The position numbers were made by a program, and so were the translations under genes. This document shows, piece by piece, positions 50,418-64,000 of a stretch of 64,000 nucleotides of DNA (its first letter is position 1; the number at the start of each line of letters is the position of its first letter). Under the pieces are notes generated by a model. The model was not told the DNA's origin and ran no database searches. It worked only from the letters and a program-made list of their open reading frames with translations. The DNA lies in the NCBI RefSeq assembly GCF_001194135.2, contig NC_068984.1:51006725-51070724 (forward strand), given 5' to 3'. The DNA is from Octopus bimaculoides. Lineage: Eukaryota.

Positions 50418-51020
50418 AATGTGGCATATTTCCACTTCACAGAGGCCATCGATGAAGTCAATCATTGAATGATACGTAACAAATTGTATGATAGCATATA
50501 TGGAAAACTAGGTAAGTGTCGGCTTTACTTTTGGGGAGGCTTAAGTCGGGCAGTTTGAACGTTAATTTTGAGCGGGGTCCTTCAGAGAATTTATAGAGGC
50601 TATTGTAGTGGTTCTTTCTCGGACATACTCTGAGTTATATAAGCAACCACACTCACTAGCTATGCTGACGATACAGAGGCATCATAGGCGAAGAAAACCT
50701 GACGGTGTCACCAACACAGTTATTGATATACATGTGGGCTGAAAGAAAACAACAGGCAATTTCAAGGATTTGTTTATAGGACAAGAAATACATCACAGTC
50801 AGGATACACAGAACAAGGAGGTATTACAATCTGAGAGTCGGTATTGTATCGGTATTGCAATTCCAGACTCACAGTCAACGCATAACCCGGACAGGATGGG
50901 GAAGGTCAATATAAATAATGATGCATCATTTCATACACATATTACTGAGGTAGCAGCAATTTGCAGATGAGAGGACGGTCGTTGGTACATGTAACCTAAT
51001 GTATCCGTAATGCGGAGATG
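50418..51020 (+). mobile_element. CR1-type LINE reverse transcriptase remnant
   Basis: NVAYFHFTEAIDEVNH*MIRNKL (cf. DVIYLDFAKAFDKVDH), LSGVLQ (SGVPQG), TLTSYADDT (YADD at 50661-50672), YMWAE, and INNDASFHTHITEVAAICR. Many stops and frameshifts. Confidence 0.8.
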
Positions 51021-51665
51021 CCTGTATAACGGTGTGTGACCTGAAATAATTAAATACTAGAATAAAAATAGGAAACTTCAGCACGTTTATGAAACCACGC
51101 TGTTGACATCACACAAACTAATATTTCTTTTTCACTATTCAATTTCTCTTTGTTTCTGTCTTAGTATTAAATTCAGTTCGCCTTTGCCGACAAGTTTGTC
51201 TGTCGATTTTTCTCCCTCAGTTTCTCTCAATCCATTATTTTACAGTAAACCATAGATTCATAGGGATAGTAGATGGTAATTTGAGAGACTCGCATTTCTT
51301 CCCAAGGGTTATTTATCAGAATTAATAAAGTAATAGTTCTACACACATAGAGAAGCACTGACAACACACACTCGCGCGCGCACATTTAATCTGTACATGT
51401 TAGTACACATATAATGTAGTTGGGCGTTGACCAGTGATGTCAGTTCGATTCTCCCTAGATGCACACTAATTTCTCTCCTTATATCTGTGTTTATTTACTT
51501 TCTTTCTTCCATTTTCTCAATCTCCCACCCCTTTCTGTGTGTCTGTGTTTGAAACACACACACACACATGTATATATATATATATATATATATATATGGG
51601 AGAATATACAAAAAATAACAACAGACGAGGACAGGTGGTGTAAATAACAAAAGTATATATTAGTA

Positions 51666-52065
51666 TGCACAAAGTATGTTATGAAACCCTAGATTACGCT
51701 ATTTCTATAACGTCTATATTAATCCGAGTGCTGTGGTGCAGTAAATTTNNNNNNNNNNNNNNNNNNNNNNNNNNNNNNNNNNNNNNNNNNNNNNNNNNNN
51801 NNNNNNNNNNNNNNNNNNNNNNNNNNNNNNNNNNNNNNNNNNNNNNNNNNNNNNNNNNNNNNNNNNNNTTTGTAAGTGCCTTTATAGATGTCTACATTCA
51901 TCTTTCTCTCAACGGCATTCACAACGTAAGTGAAGCGGACCCACGAGGGAATCGAAACCCGGTCGGTGATTCGGTTCGCTGCAAATTTACTGCACCACAG
52001 CACTCGGATTAATATAGACGTTATAGAAATAGCGTAATCTAGGGTTTCATAACATACTTTGTGCA
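51666..52065. repeat. Perfect 83-bp inverted repeat flanking a 120-N gap; contains a tRNA-like head
   Basis: 51666-51748 is the exact reverse complement of 51983-52065. The minus strand of 51930-52010 reads tgtggtgcagtaaa...GGTTTCGATTCCC. Confidence 0.85.
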
Positions 52066-52193
52066 CTCGCACACATATACACTTACACAGATGTATGTAC
52101 AAATGAGTGTGAATGTGTGTGTGTGTGTGTGTGTGTGGGTATGTGTGCGCACCTATGTACATATTTGAATGTCTATGTGTGTATATGCGTGTG

Positions 52194-52241
<48 letters not shown>

Positions 52242-52657
52242 CAAACCATTTGTCCTTAGTTTGTATTGTGCATCGTTGCGTTTAATTGTATGTCTGCGGA
52301 GCCTACTTCTGGTTTCGTTATGTATATAAACATAAAGCTTTATAAAATTACAATATATATATACATATATATATATACAAACTCATACACCCATATATAA
52401 ACACACACGCACGCACGCACGCACACGCACACACACACACACACTTGCAAGCATATATATATTTAAGAATATTGATATTAGTATCCATTTGTCTATTTAT
52501 CTAACCAGCTCTCTCCGTCTCTCTCACTTCACTCTCTCTCCTACCCCTCTCTCTATATCTCTCTCTCTACACATACTCATGCGCGCGCGCACTCACACAT
52601 TCACATTTATATTTATATGTCTATCGTCCAAACAAATGACATTGTCTCTCACTCTCT

Positions 52658-52695
<38 letters not shown>

Positions 52696-53053
52696 ACACG
52701 CACGACGCACACAGATAGATCGATCGATCGATTGATAGATAAACAGGTAAAGAGATAGATAGGCACAAATGCATACATGTGTTTGTGTGTGTGTGTGTGT
52801 GTGTGCATGTACTTATAAATGTACTACTGTACAGCATGAAATTTATATTAAAGTAAACATTTTCTTTATATTTTTGTTTGGTTTGAAGAAGGATTTGTAT
52901 CTTTGGTCTTCGTAGTCCCTCTGAGGCTGGTGTGATTGATAGCGCTGCCGTTACACTTGAACTGATGCCAGTCAACGACTGCAGAAAGAGCATGCGCAGA
53001 GGGATGATAATTCTAGACAGTTGACGTACTGGGAGAACAGGGACTAGTGATTA

Positions 53054-53104
53054 AGCAACATTCAGGCAACGTACTAGTGATTAGTATGTTGCCTGAGTGT
53101 TGCT
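53054..53104 (+). other. 23-bp hairpin with 5-nt loop
   Basis: agcaacattcaggcaacgtacta-gtgat-tagtatgttgcctgagtgttgct; 21 Watson-Crick pairs plus 2 G.U pairs on the plus strand. Confidence 0.85.
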
Positions 53105-54038
53105 CACAACATCGCTGATAAAAGGAGATGAGATGCTTAAATAGGTAAGGCTTGAATGACCAGCTCTGAGAAGACGAATTCATTTTAGCAAAATTCATAG
53201 CAAAATTAGCAATACCAGACGTAACAGCAATCATAGTAATGTTGTCAATAACCAACAACAGCAACAGTAATAGTAATCACAACAACGACATTACAAGCAG
53301 CAACAACAGAAACAGTTGTGTCAACATTACATTCCTTTCCTACTAAACCTGTTAAACAAGCATAATCAAATGTTGAAACACACAACTTCGTCTTAAAAAT
53401 ATGGAAGGACATATTTGATAAAGCAACCGTAGATCCATATCTGGAACAAATAAAATCCAAGAGTTGAGGCTGATCATTGTTGAAACGTCCTCGGTCAAAA
53501 AGTGCGCTTGGTTAGGGAGGGTCTGTGGCTACAAAATAGTTGTATACGTTTGACCATAGACATGTTCGATCAGACTTGACCTAGTGACTAAATAATCACT
53601 ACAGCGACAACTATAACACTTGTTATTTCTTGTATCATGAAAATGTCATATGCTTGTAGAGGTTATAGGTTATCTTACAATTGAATCGAATCCATGACTT
53701 ATCTGGTAGTTACGTACATTACCGAGAGGCAGAGTGAGAGAGAGAGAGACAGACAGACAGACAGAGAGACAGAGAGACAGACAGACAGAGAATAGAGAGT
53801 TGACTTCAGACATATTGCTTGATGGGAGAAATACTTCATTCTGTGATTTAACACGACCATCTGGCACTTGAGACATTCTGTGACAAACATTCAAGACAGG
53901 ATGATTTTTTTTTTCTCATCAGTCTCAAAAGCTCCGAAAAGGGTCACGAATGCTCACTTTTCCTCCTTGTGACTAAGCAATAAGGATACAGAGTGGAGTC
54001 AGAAAGAGAGATAAACAGAGAGAGAGAGGGAGAGGGGG

Positions 54039-54075
<37 letters not shown>

Positions 54076-54976
54076 GAAGTATGGTAAAATATTTGAAGAG
54101 GCTCTTTAATGTCATCTTTGAATTTCCAACAACATAGGGCCATAAAACTGTAGGAAAAGGATGCTGTCGATAGAAATCTACCTCAGTGTATTGCTGGCAC
54201 TTGATCGGCCCTGGCGAGATAAAGATAAATACTGACATTTGAACTCGGCATATTATGGAAGGAAACCAAAATATTGTAATGTCTTTAATTCTCAATGAAC
54301 TATTGTTTCTGCCACTCCCGCTAACCTAGTTACTCCTTTCAAAAAGAACAAACATTTTCAATGCAGACATCAAGTGGTGTATTTAGTCTGTACACACTAC
54401 ATTTTGAGCGAAGTTTCAGCGAAAAGGCTTCTGTGTTGTGACTTGAACTGTGAGAAGTAACAGCCAAACCTCTCTCAATACACATCGCAATGCAATTTTT
54501 AAAGAATGACGCTTGGAGGATGTAGTACCAATGACTTATAAGGGAAAAGAAAGGCAGCATGGTGACGTGATACGACGCTTTTATCGTAGTGCAACGTATT
54601 CAGCAGACCTAATCTAGTCCCCAAGAACAACAACTATTTGAATCAGGCCAATTGCAACCAGCAATACAAGGGAGTTAAACTATTCTCATTAACTGAACAC
54701 TATTACAACTAAGCACCACATTTACCACAATCTCCACCTTCACCGCCACTATAACCTCCTTCATAGCTACCACCACTACTATACTCCACAACATCGCTAC
54801 AACTATAACAGCTAAAATCACCAATATACTACTATTATTATTACTACCACCACCACTGCCACTGCTACTACTATCACTTCTACTACTATCACTTCTACTA
54901 CTATTACTACTACTNNNNNNNNNNGCTACTACTATCACTTCTACTACTATCACTTCTACTACTATTACTACTACTT

Positions 54977-55010
<34 letters not shown>

Positions 55011-55036
55011 CAACACTACTACTACTTCTACTGCGT

Positions 55037-55090
<54 letters not shown>

Positions 55091-56989
55091 TTACTACCAG
55101 ATACTACCACAAAGACTGTCATCAAAAACAAATATCTAAAAAATTATTTTCCATAAATGTTAGCATTACCAACAAGTGATATACGTGTGTGTGTGTGTGT
55201 GCGTGCGCACGCGCACGAGCTGTGCCTGTGTTTATGTGTCTACACATACACTAATCAAATCGACATACATTCATAAATGCATATGCATCCATACGCAATA
55301 CATATAGACGTGTGAGACTATGTACATAAGCACACTCACACATACATACACATACACACACACACACCAACATATACAATACATATACATAAACTCCCTA
55401 CACACATACACATACGTATACAAATTCACATTTATACTTACGTACACAAATTAGCACATTTACACGTGCACACGTATAGACACACTCAAAGAAGCATATT
55501 TATGCATATACATATGTACACATGCGTATTTGCATATACACCTATACACACATCCACATACGCACGTTCACAAGTAGCTACAGACATACACATTTACGAA
55601 CACACACATAGATGCACTTTAACAGAGGAACATTCATTCACGTATGTATGTAGATAGACACGCATCCACATACATACACTAGGACATCTATGCATACATG
55701 AAATGTTGAAGACAACTTTTTCCTGCACCAGTGGAGCCGTTTGGCAGCAGCGGTGCATACTAACTGTCGGTCGGCGTCCAACTGTGACAAAAGAACTAGG
55801 GTGAACGAGTGGTATTCGTTGAATGTATATGGAGAAAGAAATGGAATAGAAAGACGTGGTCGAGATAACACGGTGGTGGTGGTGGTGGTGGTGGTGGTGG
55901 TTGCAGTAATGGTGCAAGTGATGATGGTAGCGGTGTTGATGGTTGTTGGCGGATGTGTTAGTTCTTTGGTAGTTGTAGTGGATGGGAATTGATGAGGGTT
56001 GATGGTGTGGCGGTTGTTTTTTTTATTTTTTAGTCGTGATTTTTGGTGGTGGTGGTGGCGGTGGTGGGTTTTTGTTATGTTAATGTTTTTGGTGGGCATG
56101 TGTGCTAGTGCTAGTCGTAGCGAAGTTGATAGACAAGGTGGGAGTGTTGGTGTTTGAGGTGATTGTGGTGTTGATAGCTAGGATGGGTGTGTTAGTACTT
56201 GTAGTGATTTTGCTGTTGATAGATGTAGTGGGAATCAATGATGGTGGTAGTGGTGGTTGTGTTAGTGCGATGGCAGTTAAGTTCGTTGTGATGCTAATGT
56301 TATTGATAATATTTTTGGTGGGTATCAGAGAGATGGTTACAGTAAGGTTACTGATAATTTTGGTGATAACAGTGAAGAGGTTTTTAACGGTGGTGGTGGT
56401 ACGGTTGCGTGGTTGTACTGTTTTTGTGAATGTTGTAATTATGTTATGAATGTGATAGTGATAGTTGCGTTGTTGTAGCAATGGTGATCAGAATGTTGCT
56501 ATTGTTGTTGAAGTAATGGTGATCAGAATGTTGCTATTGTTGTAATCCCTGTTTAACCCCAGATCATCTCTGATCCAGCAGATTGATAATCAACACCGAC
56601 ATAGCTGTGATTATTTTGTCTTAATGAATTGTCCGCTACATACTTCACTTTTTTACATTGAAAGTAAATGATTAAGATTTTGGCTGTTTTTACTAGCAAG
56701 TTGAGCGAACATACAAAGACTCCTTCGTTTCTCGTGCGTTGCTAATGTAACCTTGACGGTGGTGTTGCTATTGTGTTGATGGTGGTGGATTCCTTGTTAT
56801 TCTGAAGGCTAAAACTAATCATAAGAGAATAGCAAAGTCCGATATACAAGCAATGAAGTTATTATTTGTTTAGTTGATGCTAATTATACTGGGCTTTGAA
56901 CTGACTGCAGTTGAGGATGCAGCTACTGTAGCTTCTGTTGTTGCCACTATTGTCGTTTGTTGCTACAATTCAGTTTATCGTTTATCTTC

Positions 56990-57335
56990 TACTTATTTCA
57001 GTCATTAGACTGCAACCACTGCCTTGGAGAATTTTTAGTCGAATGGATTTTTTTATTTTTTATTTTTATTTTAAGCTAAGGACTTATTCTGTTGTCTCTT
57101 TTGCCAAACCATTGAGTTACAAGAACGTAAACACACCCACAACTAGTTATCAAGTAGTGGTGGGACGGACACACACTCACATATATACGACGAGATTCTT
57201 TCAGTTTCGTCTGTCAAATCCATTTACAAGACTATGGTCGGTTTAAGGCAATAATAAAAGATACTTGTCCAAGGTGCCACTCTCTGCGACTGAACCCGGA
57301 ATCAAGTGGTTACCACACAGCTACACCCGTGCCCA
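56990..57335 (-). mobile_element. SINE family A, old copy
   Basis: acttatttcagtcattagactgc ... ccaaggtgccac ... tgaacccggaatc. Confidence 0.78.
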
Positions 57336-60299
57336 TGCTTATCTCTTCGGTTTTACTCTTTTGTTGTCGTAACCCATGCCTCCATGATATATGGATTTAC
57401 GACCTCAGGTTCTAAATATGTAGTGAACGTGTAAACGCTCAACAAATGAATTAAAATAATACAGATTCCGTTTAGATATGATGGTACTAGACTTACTGGA
57501 CTATCAAGTACATTTTGCAACTCTATTCTTCCAGCTCGATATCATGTATCTATGAAATTTTCTACGTATTGTAGGTAGACATTTACGAACATCTGAAAAT
57601 TTCATAGTTATATTATTAGTGTTCTATTGAAAAAGAAACTAGAAAATCATTTCATTCTCTAAATGCTAAATGAAATAACTTTAAGTTCTACCCCAGTTAA
57701 CTGTATCACTTCAGCTTCGTCTATTATCTCAGCATAACAAAATGAATTATTATCTGCATCTTATGATGGTTCATATTTGTAAAGAAACGCCAGAATCAAT
57801 TAGTTATTTTTAAACACAGCTACCACTTACAACTTTGTATTGCACATTATTTCCTTTTTTTTTTCTTTTTGTAATAACCAATTATGCTAATTTGACTTAC
57901 TACTAGGTGCTCTGTTTCCTAGCGAATATTCAAGAGTTATGTAAATTCTCGACATCGTGGTCCAATTTTCAAAAGAATATTGCCGAAAATTTCCATTTTA
58001 ACTAACTTCAGTAGTCTTTGAGATTTACCATTGTTCAGTCTCATAGTTCTTGTGAAGACTTAAGTTCACTCAAGAACCTTCACATTTGCCCTGATACACT
58101 TCCCTTCTTTTACGTCAGCATGTAATAGGTTAATAGTGTCACCTTGTCCAAACTAGATACTCATCATCAAGAAGAAAGTTATTTCAGCTGAATAAATTCT
58201 TTTATCTGTTTCATCAATCTTAAACACTAACCAGCTGCTTCTATCTTAACATTAAATAAAAGTTAATTATATTATCAACCAATTGTCGCAGTGATCTATC
58301 ATATTTCTCCAACAAAAGTCGACCTTTTCATTACGGTTATATATTTCACGAGAACGAATCTAGCGATAGTTAAACATCTAATCTATGATAACATCGCAGT
58401 AATGTTGATGAGATACAACACGCTCCTGCATTTCACAGTAAAGGAAAGGAGGACTGATACAAGAAAAACTTTGCACTACTGCTGATTATGTTCATGCTAC
58501 GATAAGTGACAATGAAAAACGGTGAAATATTTCTGAGTGTCGCAGTGACTACGTCGCTGTATTGGTTGTTGTTCTTGTATACGTGTTGTTGTTATTGTTG
58601 CTATTGTTAGCCCTTGGTGAACTTTGATGACAGACATAGGATCTAATCGTGAAATTGCCGTCTAATCATTACGACATAATGCAGCTAGGGTTGCAGTATA
58701 AAATGTTTCCTTCTCCGTTTAAGATAGTAGGGTGCGATTTAAAGGAAATTAGACTAATATTTCAATCAATTCTACTTCTTCTTGTTTTTTAACCAAAGAT
58801 AAGTTCTTATTGAACAGACCTATGACCAAAGATATACCAAACGCGAATTTCCTACCTTTCAGATGTAAGTCAATATAATATTGAATTTATCCTATCCTTA
58901 TATATGACATTAGTATATGATTTGAAAGAAATTTTGTCTGCTATTTCTTACTGGTCGAGTGACCACGTAGAAGCACATGAACGTTAGTTGCTGCTGCTAC
59001 AGCTGTAGTTGCTACTACTGTTGTTGCTACTGTTGCTGCTGTTGCTACTGTTGTTATTGCTAGTGCCGATGGTACCAGTGGCGCCGGCGCAAATGTCATG
59101 ATATTAATTTCAGAGACCAGACGGTCTTTGCAATGAAACAAAAAGAATCTTTAATGCATTTTAGAGATGTTAATTATTTTACTGATGTTATTTCATTCTC
59201 TGGTTAACATTCTAATCATATCCACACTATATTATTTCTCGGTGTATTCTATGGTATCGGATATAAATTTCTCCTGAATATTTAACGATTTTGAAAACGA
59301 TAAGACACTATTTGGCTGCAATTTCTTGCAGGCTGATGATCGATCACAGTCTTGGAAACCAGTTATTAAATATCAGAGGTATTAATCTAAAACCGGGGTT
59401 TCCTTGTTAGATGTGAGCTATATGGCGATTAATTGATCTCTGGACTGAGACACCATTGCAAGTTCTTGATGTTCATCACTGAAAGAGCCAGCGGCGATGC
59501 AACACTACAGCATTTCTTAGTGGTTTTGAATACGTGTTTCTGCATGTACACATACTTACACTACAACACAAGTAGTCCTAATGCAAATATTCAAATGTTT
59601 TTTCAGGTGAAATAAACTCTCAAACCGCTTGGAATATACAGTTGACATGTTACGAGAAAGAAACAGCATTCAAGATTTATGGATAACACAAGCACATTAT
59701 CATACGTAAACTTGCTTGGTATTCTAGAAAAAAAATTAAACATTAAATTTCTGACCAAGAAAACGCATTTCCGACGAATTGATATTTATTATAGTTCAAA
59801 TATGATAATACCAAAGTATTTAAGAGCATAAGAGGGGCAATTTTCTCGTGAGCTTTTTATAATGGTTGATTAAATTCCTTATTATTCCTCGTTCTTCTCA
59901 TTGTCGTAAGGTGTTTTCAAGATATAAATTCCTAATTTTTGTAGATTATAATTTTGAATCTTTTTTTTAACAGAGATGAATCTAATATTTGTTATAAGAA
60001 AAGAAAAAATTAACACCTCCAATTTTACATCTGATTCTCCATTCAATGCTTACTGAACAAATAGAAGAAATACATGGATCAGCATCGGTAATGTTAATTT
60101 GAATTACCCTCCATTGGATTCTGAATGCGTTGGCACAATGTGAAATCAATTTAACAACTCTTTGAATTCTTGTCATTTGTAATGTGTAGGAGATAAATCA
60201 CAGACAAGTATTTAACTAATGATCAAGAAGAATAAATATAACTCACTGAAAATTAAATATTCCATCTGTGAACATGCATTATTATTCCGAACTCACAGA

Positions 60300-60920
60300 A
60301 CTCTGATCCGATTATATGTATCGAAGTCTGCGAAAATACTGAAAGCCTGTTTTGGATCGGTGACTTAACAACAACTGCAACGTGTTTTACCAAGGTTAAG
60401 GAAAATTGGCTTAATTCATTACAATGAATTAAGGAAAGTAAACAGTTCAAGCACTACATTGTTCACGATGATGACTGAAAGACCCTTCAAGACATCTAAA
60501 GTAAACACATTTGAGATAAGTTGGAATTTATGTTTCCCAAAATTGAAATCTTCCTCAGAGTAATTGTGTGCATGATGGCGACCAACTGAAACAAGAAGCA
60601 TTCATTTTTCAGGATGAGACTCACAAACAATTGTTTTTATGCGACAAAAAAGAAAATGCGAAAGACTTTTTAATGAATTATAAAACAATTTCCTACACTG
60701 AAATACCACGTATATCTGATATTCAGAACTCTTTATTTTAATGTATTAGGTTCGAGAACATTGTCTTGCTAAGGGTCTCAGTTATTGATAATACGACCCA
60801 GAGTAGTTACTTGAAAAACTAAACTACTGCAATATGTTCAGCAAGCGATCATTTGCCATCCGACATATTAATGAAAAGAAATTGTCATTCACATTTTGCC
60901 AGGAAAAATTAAACTTGCTT
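60300..60920 (+). mobile_element. hAT transposase remnant (C-terminal dimerisation region)
   Basis: MFPKIEIFLRVIVCMMATN*NKKHSFFRMRLTNN from 60530 matches the hATC motif FPNI...LRI.L...VT.CS.ERSFS.LKLIKN. SDILMKRNCHSHFARK near 60860 fits the terminal FARKK motif. The remnant may extend upstream to ~59800. Confidence 0.6.
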
Positions 60921-61544
60921 TCTAATTGTTTATGTACTATACTAACAACGACTTGAAGAGTATCTTGTTTCTTATCTCAAGCAGCTTACAAATTTCTTGT
61001 GTATTAGCAACTCAAAATAACCTGACTGTTTGAATGCTTCTGAAATCTTTTCTCAAAAGGGAGTTACATTGATTAAAGGAATTTTGTTTTGTATTTGCGC
61101 AATTTTTCTTTTTTTGAGTGAATCACCATTACTATATAACTCACTGAATATAAATAAAAAAAATTCTCTCCACTCTCCACTGACTGGTTCAAAACGTGAT
61201 TAGGTTTTCTCACGTGGTTTCTAAGAACAGTTACTAACTTTTTTCTGACGACGTAATGTATTTTTATTTCGCAAAGGATTAAACATTAGTACACGTCATT
61301 GCTCTAGCTGAGATGGCTCGTCTTTATAACAACGTCTTCTTACTCTATACACGTCATGTGATCAATCAAAAGTGGAAGATTCTGAAAGTATAGAAACAAC
61401 CTAAAAATACTTCACAATGTCCAAATGTGCAAAAGCAAATATAAGACCCCGGAGAGGCCACCTCACTGGCTCAAATCTAGCTGGTCGAGACGGCATAGGT
61501 TTTGAGAGGCTGTTTATAGATGTGCATCCAAAATATTAGGAATC

Positions 61545-61745
61545 AGTAGAGTTGTTAGTATGCTGGACTAGTATGCCTCATGGCATATCCTCCGGCTTTA
61601 CGTTCTGAGTTCAAATTCCGCCGAGGTTGACTTTGTCTTTCGTTCTTACGAGGTCGATGAAATAAATACCAGTTAAAAACTGATGTCGATGTAATCAACT
61701 TAACCCCTTCCCGAAATTGCTGGCTTTGTGCCAAAATATGAAACC
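61545..61745 (+). mobile_element. SINE family B (another copy on the minus strand at 62080-62240)
   Basis: ttacgttctgagttcaaattccgccgaggttgactttg...gtgccaaaatatgaaacc. Confidence 0.82.
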
Positions 61746-63464
61746 ATTATTTTTCTCCTTTTTTTTTTTTGTGTCTACCGAATGGAACAGTGGCCTGGTT
61801 CATTTTGCGTTTTGCTTTCGCGGTCTAAAAATTATCTACTTATTTGAATCAAAGCACCGGAAGTTGTTATCAAAAGTTTGAAATAAACCGTTACGAATAA
61901 ATTATGATTATTTCAGAGATTAAAAGAAAAGCGCGAGACTACAGAGATGTGATTGGTGTATGGTGAAGGTGTTGTGGGTGGAGTTGTATTTCGGCTTTGG
62001 GATAAGTGATACGGATATGTTTAATCGGTGTAGCTGGTAATATTATTGTATATGTGTGAGCTCTGTTATAATCATGGGGCCACATTTTGGTACAAGACCA
62101 GCAATTTTAGAGGGAGTGAATTAGTCGATTTCATCGATTCTATTGCTCAATTGCTACTTATTTTATCGACCCTGAAAGGATGAAAGGTAAATTTGACCTC
62201 GATGGAATTTGAACACAGAACGTAAAGGGCCAGAAGAAATTATCACTGAAAACCAATCAAAAAGCCTTTTAATCTTCCTTTGTTTTACAAGCACGTATCG
62301 TCTTCTTGAATGCTAGTCAGAGGAAAGAAAACGTTTTAAGTCGCAAGATATAAGATCGAAAGCCATTGATCAAAATGAAGTTATCAAGATAAGATACCAC
62401 AGAAAAAATAATTTCTTCAAGTTATATAAGTACATGAATACGACTGAAATAAAATGTAAATCACAGTTTTAAATGCTTGATCTTTGCAACTCGTCAAAAG
62501 CCGTATTTGCAATAGTTGTGTACGTTATTATTGCCAATGGGACGAGAGCGTGAAATTTGCGTAACAAAAAAGTTCGTAAGCTCAAGTCCTTTTGATTGTT
62601 AATGATATCAAATACTATAAAACATTATTTTTCAGACCATAAAAGATGCCAACCAATCTATAAATCCAAAGTATAAATGTATCAATATCAATAATAAATT
62701 GATTAAAATATTTCAGCTTATAATTAATTTGGTCAATTCTTTAAATTCCGTTTGAATTAAAAACCACCATCTGCCAAACTGGCGGGAATACCCATGTTGG
62801 TGATGGCTCAAGATTTCGGTATAGCTTCCTGGCTCTGTCTCGCTTGGCTCCATGTAGCAAGCAAGTCACTTTCAACAAAGGAGGCGGAGAATAGCTATAA
62901 AGTTTTTTAAACGTTTGCTCATTGGTGGTATCATTTGAGATATTCTTCTTTTAATTAAAAGAAATTATGTGGCCCCAGAATATGTGTTATTGTGTTGACT
63001 CAGGTCAGTCCTAACCAACAAGACCTATAATTAAAAGCACTCCCGGGATAATCATTCTTAGTTTTTCAGGAGTAATGTATCTAAAACGTCATGATGCACT
63101 GTATCCATGGCCGTTTTAAGACGGTAGGGAATGAATGATGGTTGCTATTTGGAATGTTATTTGTAGCAAACAGATCGACCACGTGGTGAAATCTTTTATT
63201 TGTTCCAGTCATTGGACTTCATGTCTGAAGCTCCGATGAAGCTATAAAGTGTTACTCAGGCACTCAACTATAATTCCAATGCATCATATAGCAGAAACAG
63301 CTGTAAGCTGGTGAAGTTCATGAGATAATTTCTTATTCCTTCGTCATTTTAGTTTCTTATTACTGCTCTGTACTCGACTGACGTTTTGTTCTGAAGCATA
63401 TGTATTTTGAATTCTAATACAAGGTTATTAGTATCGCTATTTCTAAGCGAAATAATTATAATCC

Positions 63465-63678
63465 TTTCTACAACAGGCACAAGGCCTGAAATTTGTAAGA
63501 AGGGGGCAAATCGATCACATCGACCCCAGTGCTTTATTTGTACTTAATTTATCGACCCCCGAAATGATGAAAGGCAAAGTCGAGCTCGGCGGAATTTGAA
63601 CTCAAGGCGTAAAGAAAGAGCGAAATACCGCCACGCATTTTGCCAGGCGTGCTAATGATTCTGCCAGTTCGCCGCCTT
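63465..63678 (-). mobile_element. SINE family B, full length
   Basis: Reverse complement begins aaggcggcgaactggcagaatcattagcacgcc and carries all domains. Confidence 0.88.
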
Positions 63679-63714
63679 AAAGCGAAATAATAATTATGAT
63701 AATACACACACTCA

Positions 63715-63870
63715 CACAGAGTTTCTGCCTACTAAACTCTCTCACAAGGCATTGGACTGTCCGGAACTATAGTAGAAGACACTTGCCTTAGTTGCCGTGC
63801 ATTAAAACTGAACCTTAAACCATATGGTTACAAAGTAAGCTTTTTAATCACGTAGCCATGCCTGCGCTTC
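63715..63870 (-). mobile_element. SINE family A, 5' half
   Basis: ctcacaaggc...ctatagtagaagacacttgcc...tgaacc...catgcctgcgc. Confidence 0.78.
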
Positions 63871-64000
63871 ATTTCCTTTTTTTTCAAAAATGTATGTGGA
63901 TCTTACCCAAAGATACAGATAAATCCAAACGAATGATAAAATATCTACTATATAATAGAAGCGGAAGTTATTATTTTTATAGGTATTTAGAAATACATTT

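Noticed and set aside
54860-54975. 15-bp tandem unit (ctactactatcactt) duplicated on both sides of a 10-N gap
   Set aside because: Near-identical sequence on either side of a minimal gap is most simply overlapping contig ends.
55594-56481. Thr/His/Val-rich ORFs resembling mucin or membrane proteins
   Set aside because: Degenerate GGT/TGT low-complexity DNA open in several frames; no splice or domain support.

Overview
AT-rich eukaryotic scaffold segment crowded with microsatellites and 12 N-gaps (612-621, 1379-1880, 9677-9982, 15115-15390, 21468-22277, 29311-29320, 42755-43715, 45073-45441, 45917-45926, 46327-46578, 51749-51868, 54915-54924). The SINE families and repeat style suggest a cephalopod (Octopus-like) genome; this is an inference. 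I could not support any intact, identifiable host gene, rRNA, true tRNA or CRISPR array. Almost every ORF in the supplied track comes from microsatellites or N-runs. The recognisable content is decayed mobile DNA: (i) three tRNA-headed SINE families, two of them in many copies; (ii) a 5'-truncated R4/Dong-type non-LTR retrotransposon inside (TAA)n, plus two 3' ends of a second related lineage next to (CATA)n; (iii) a Penelope-like element with inverted terminal segments; (iv) CR1, mariner, Tc1, maT-like, pogo/Tigger and hAT remnants, a hAT MITE with an 8-bp TSD, and several foldback palindromes. The most notable signal is a set of five minimal hammerhead-ribozyme-like motifs. Three lie within 800 bp (8458-9252), and one forms the tail of a tRNA-headed SINE. 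All translations and alignments were done by eye; no database searches were run.
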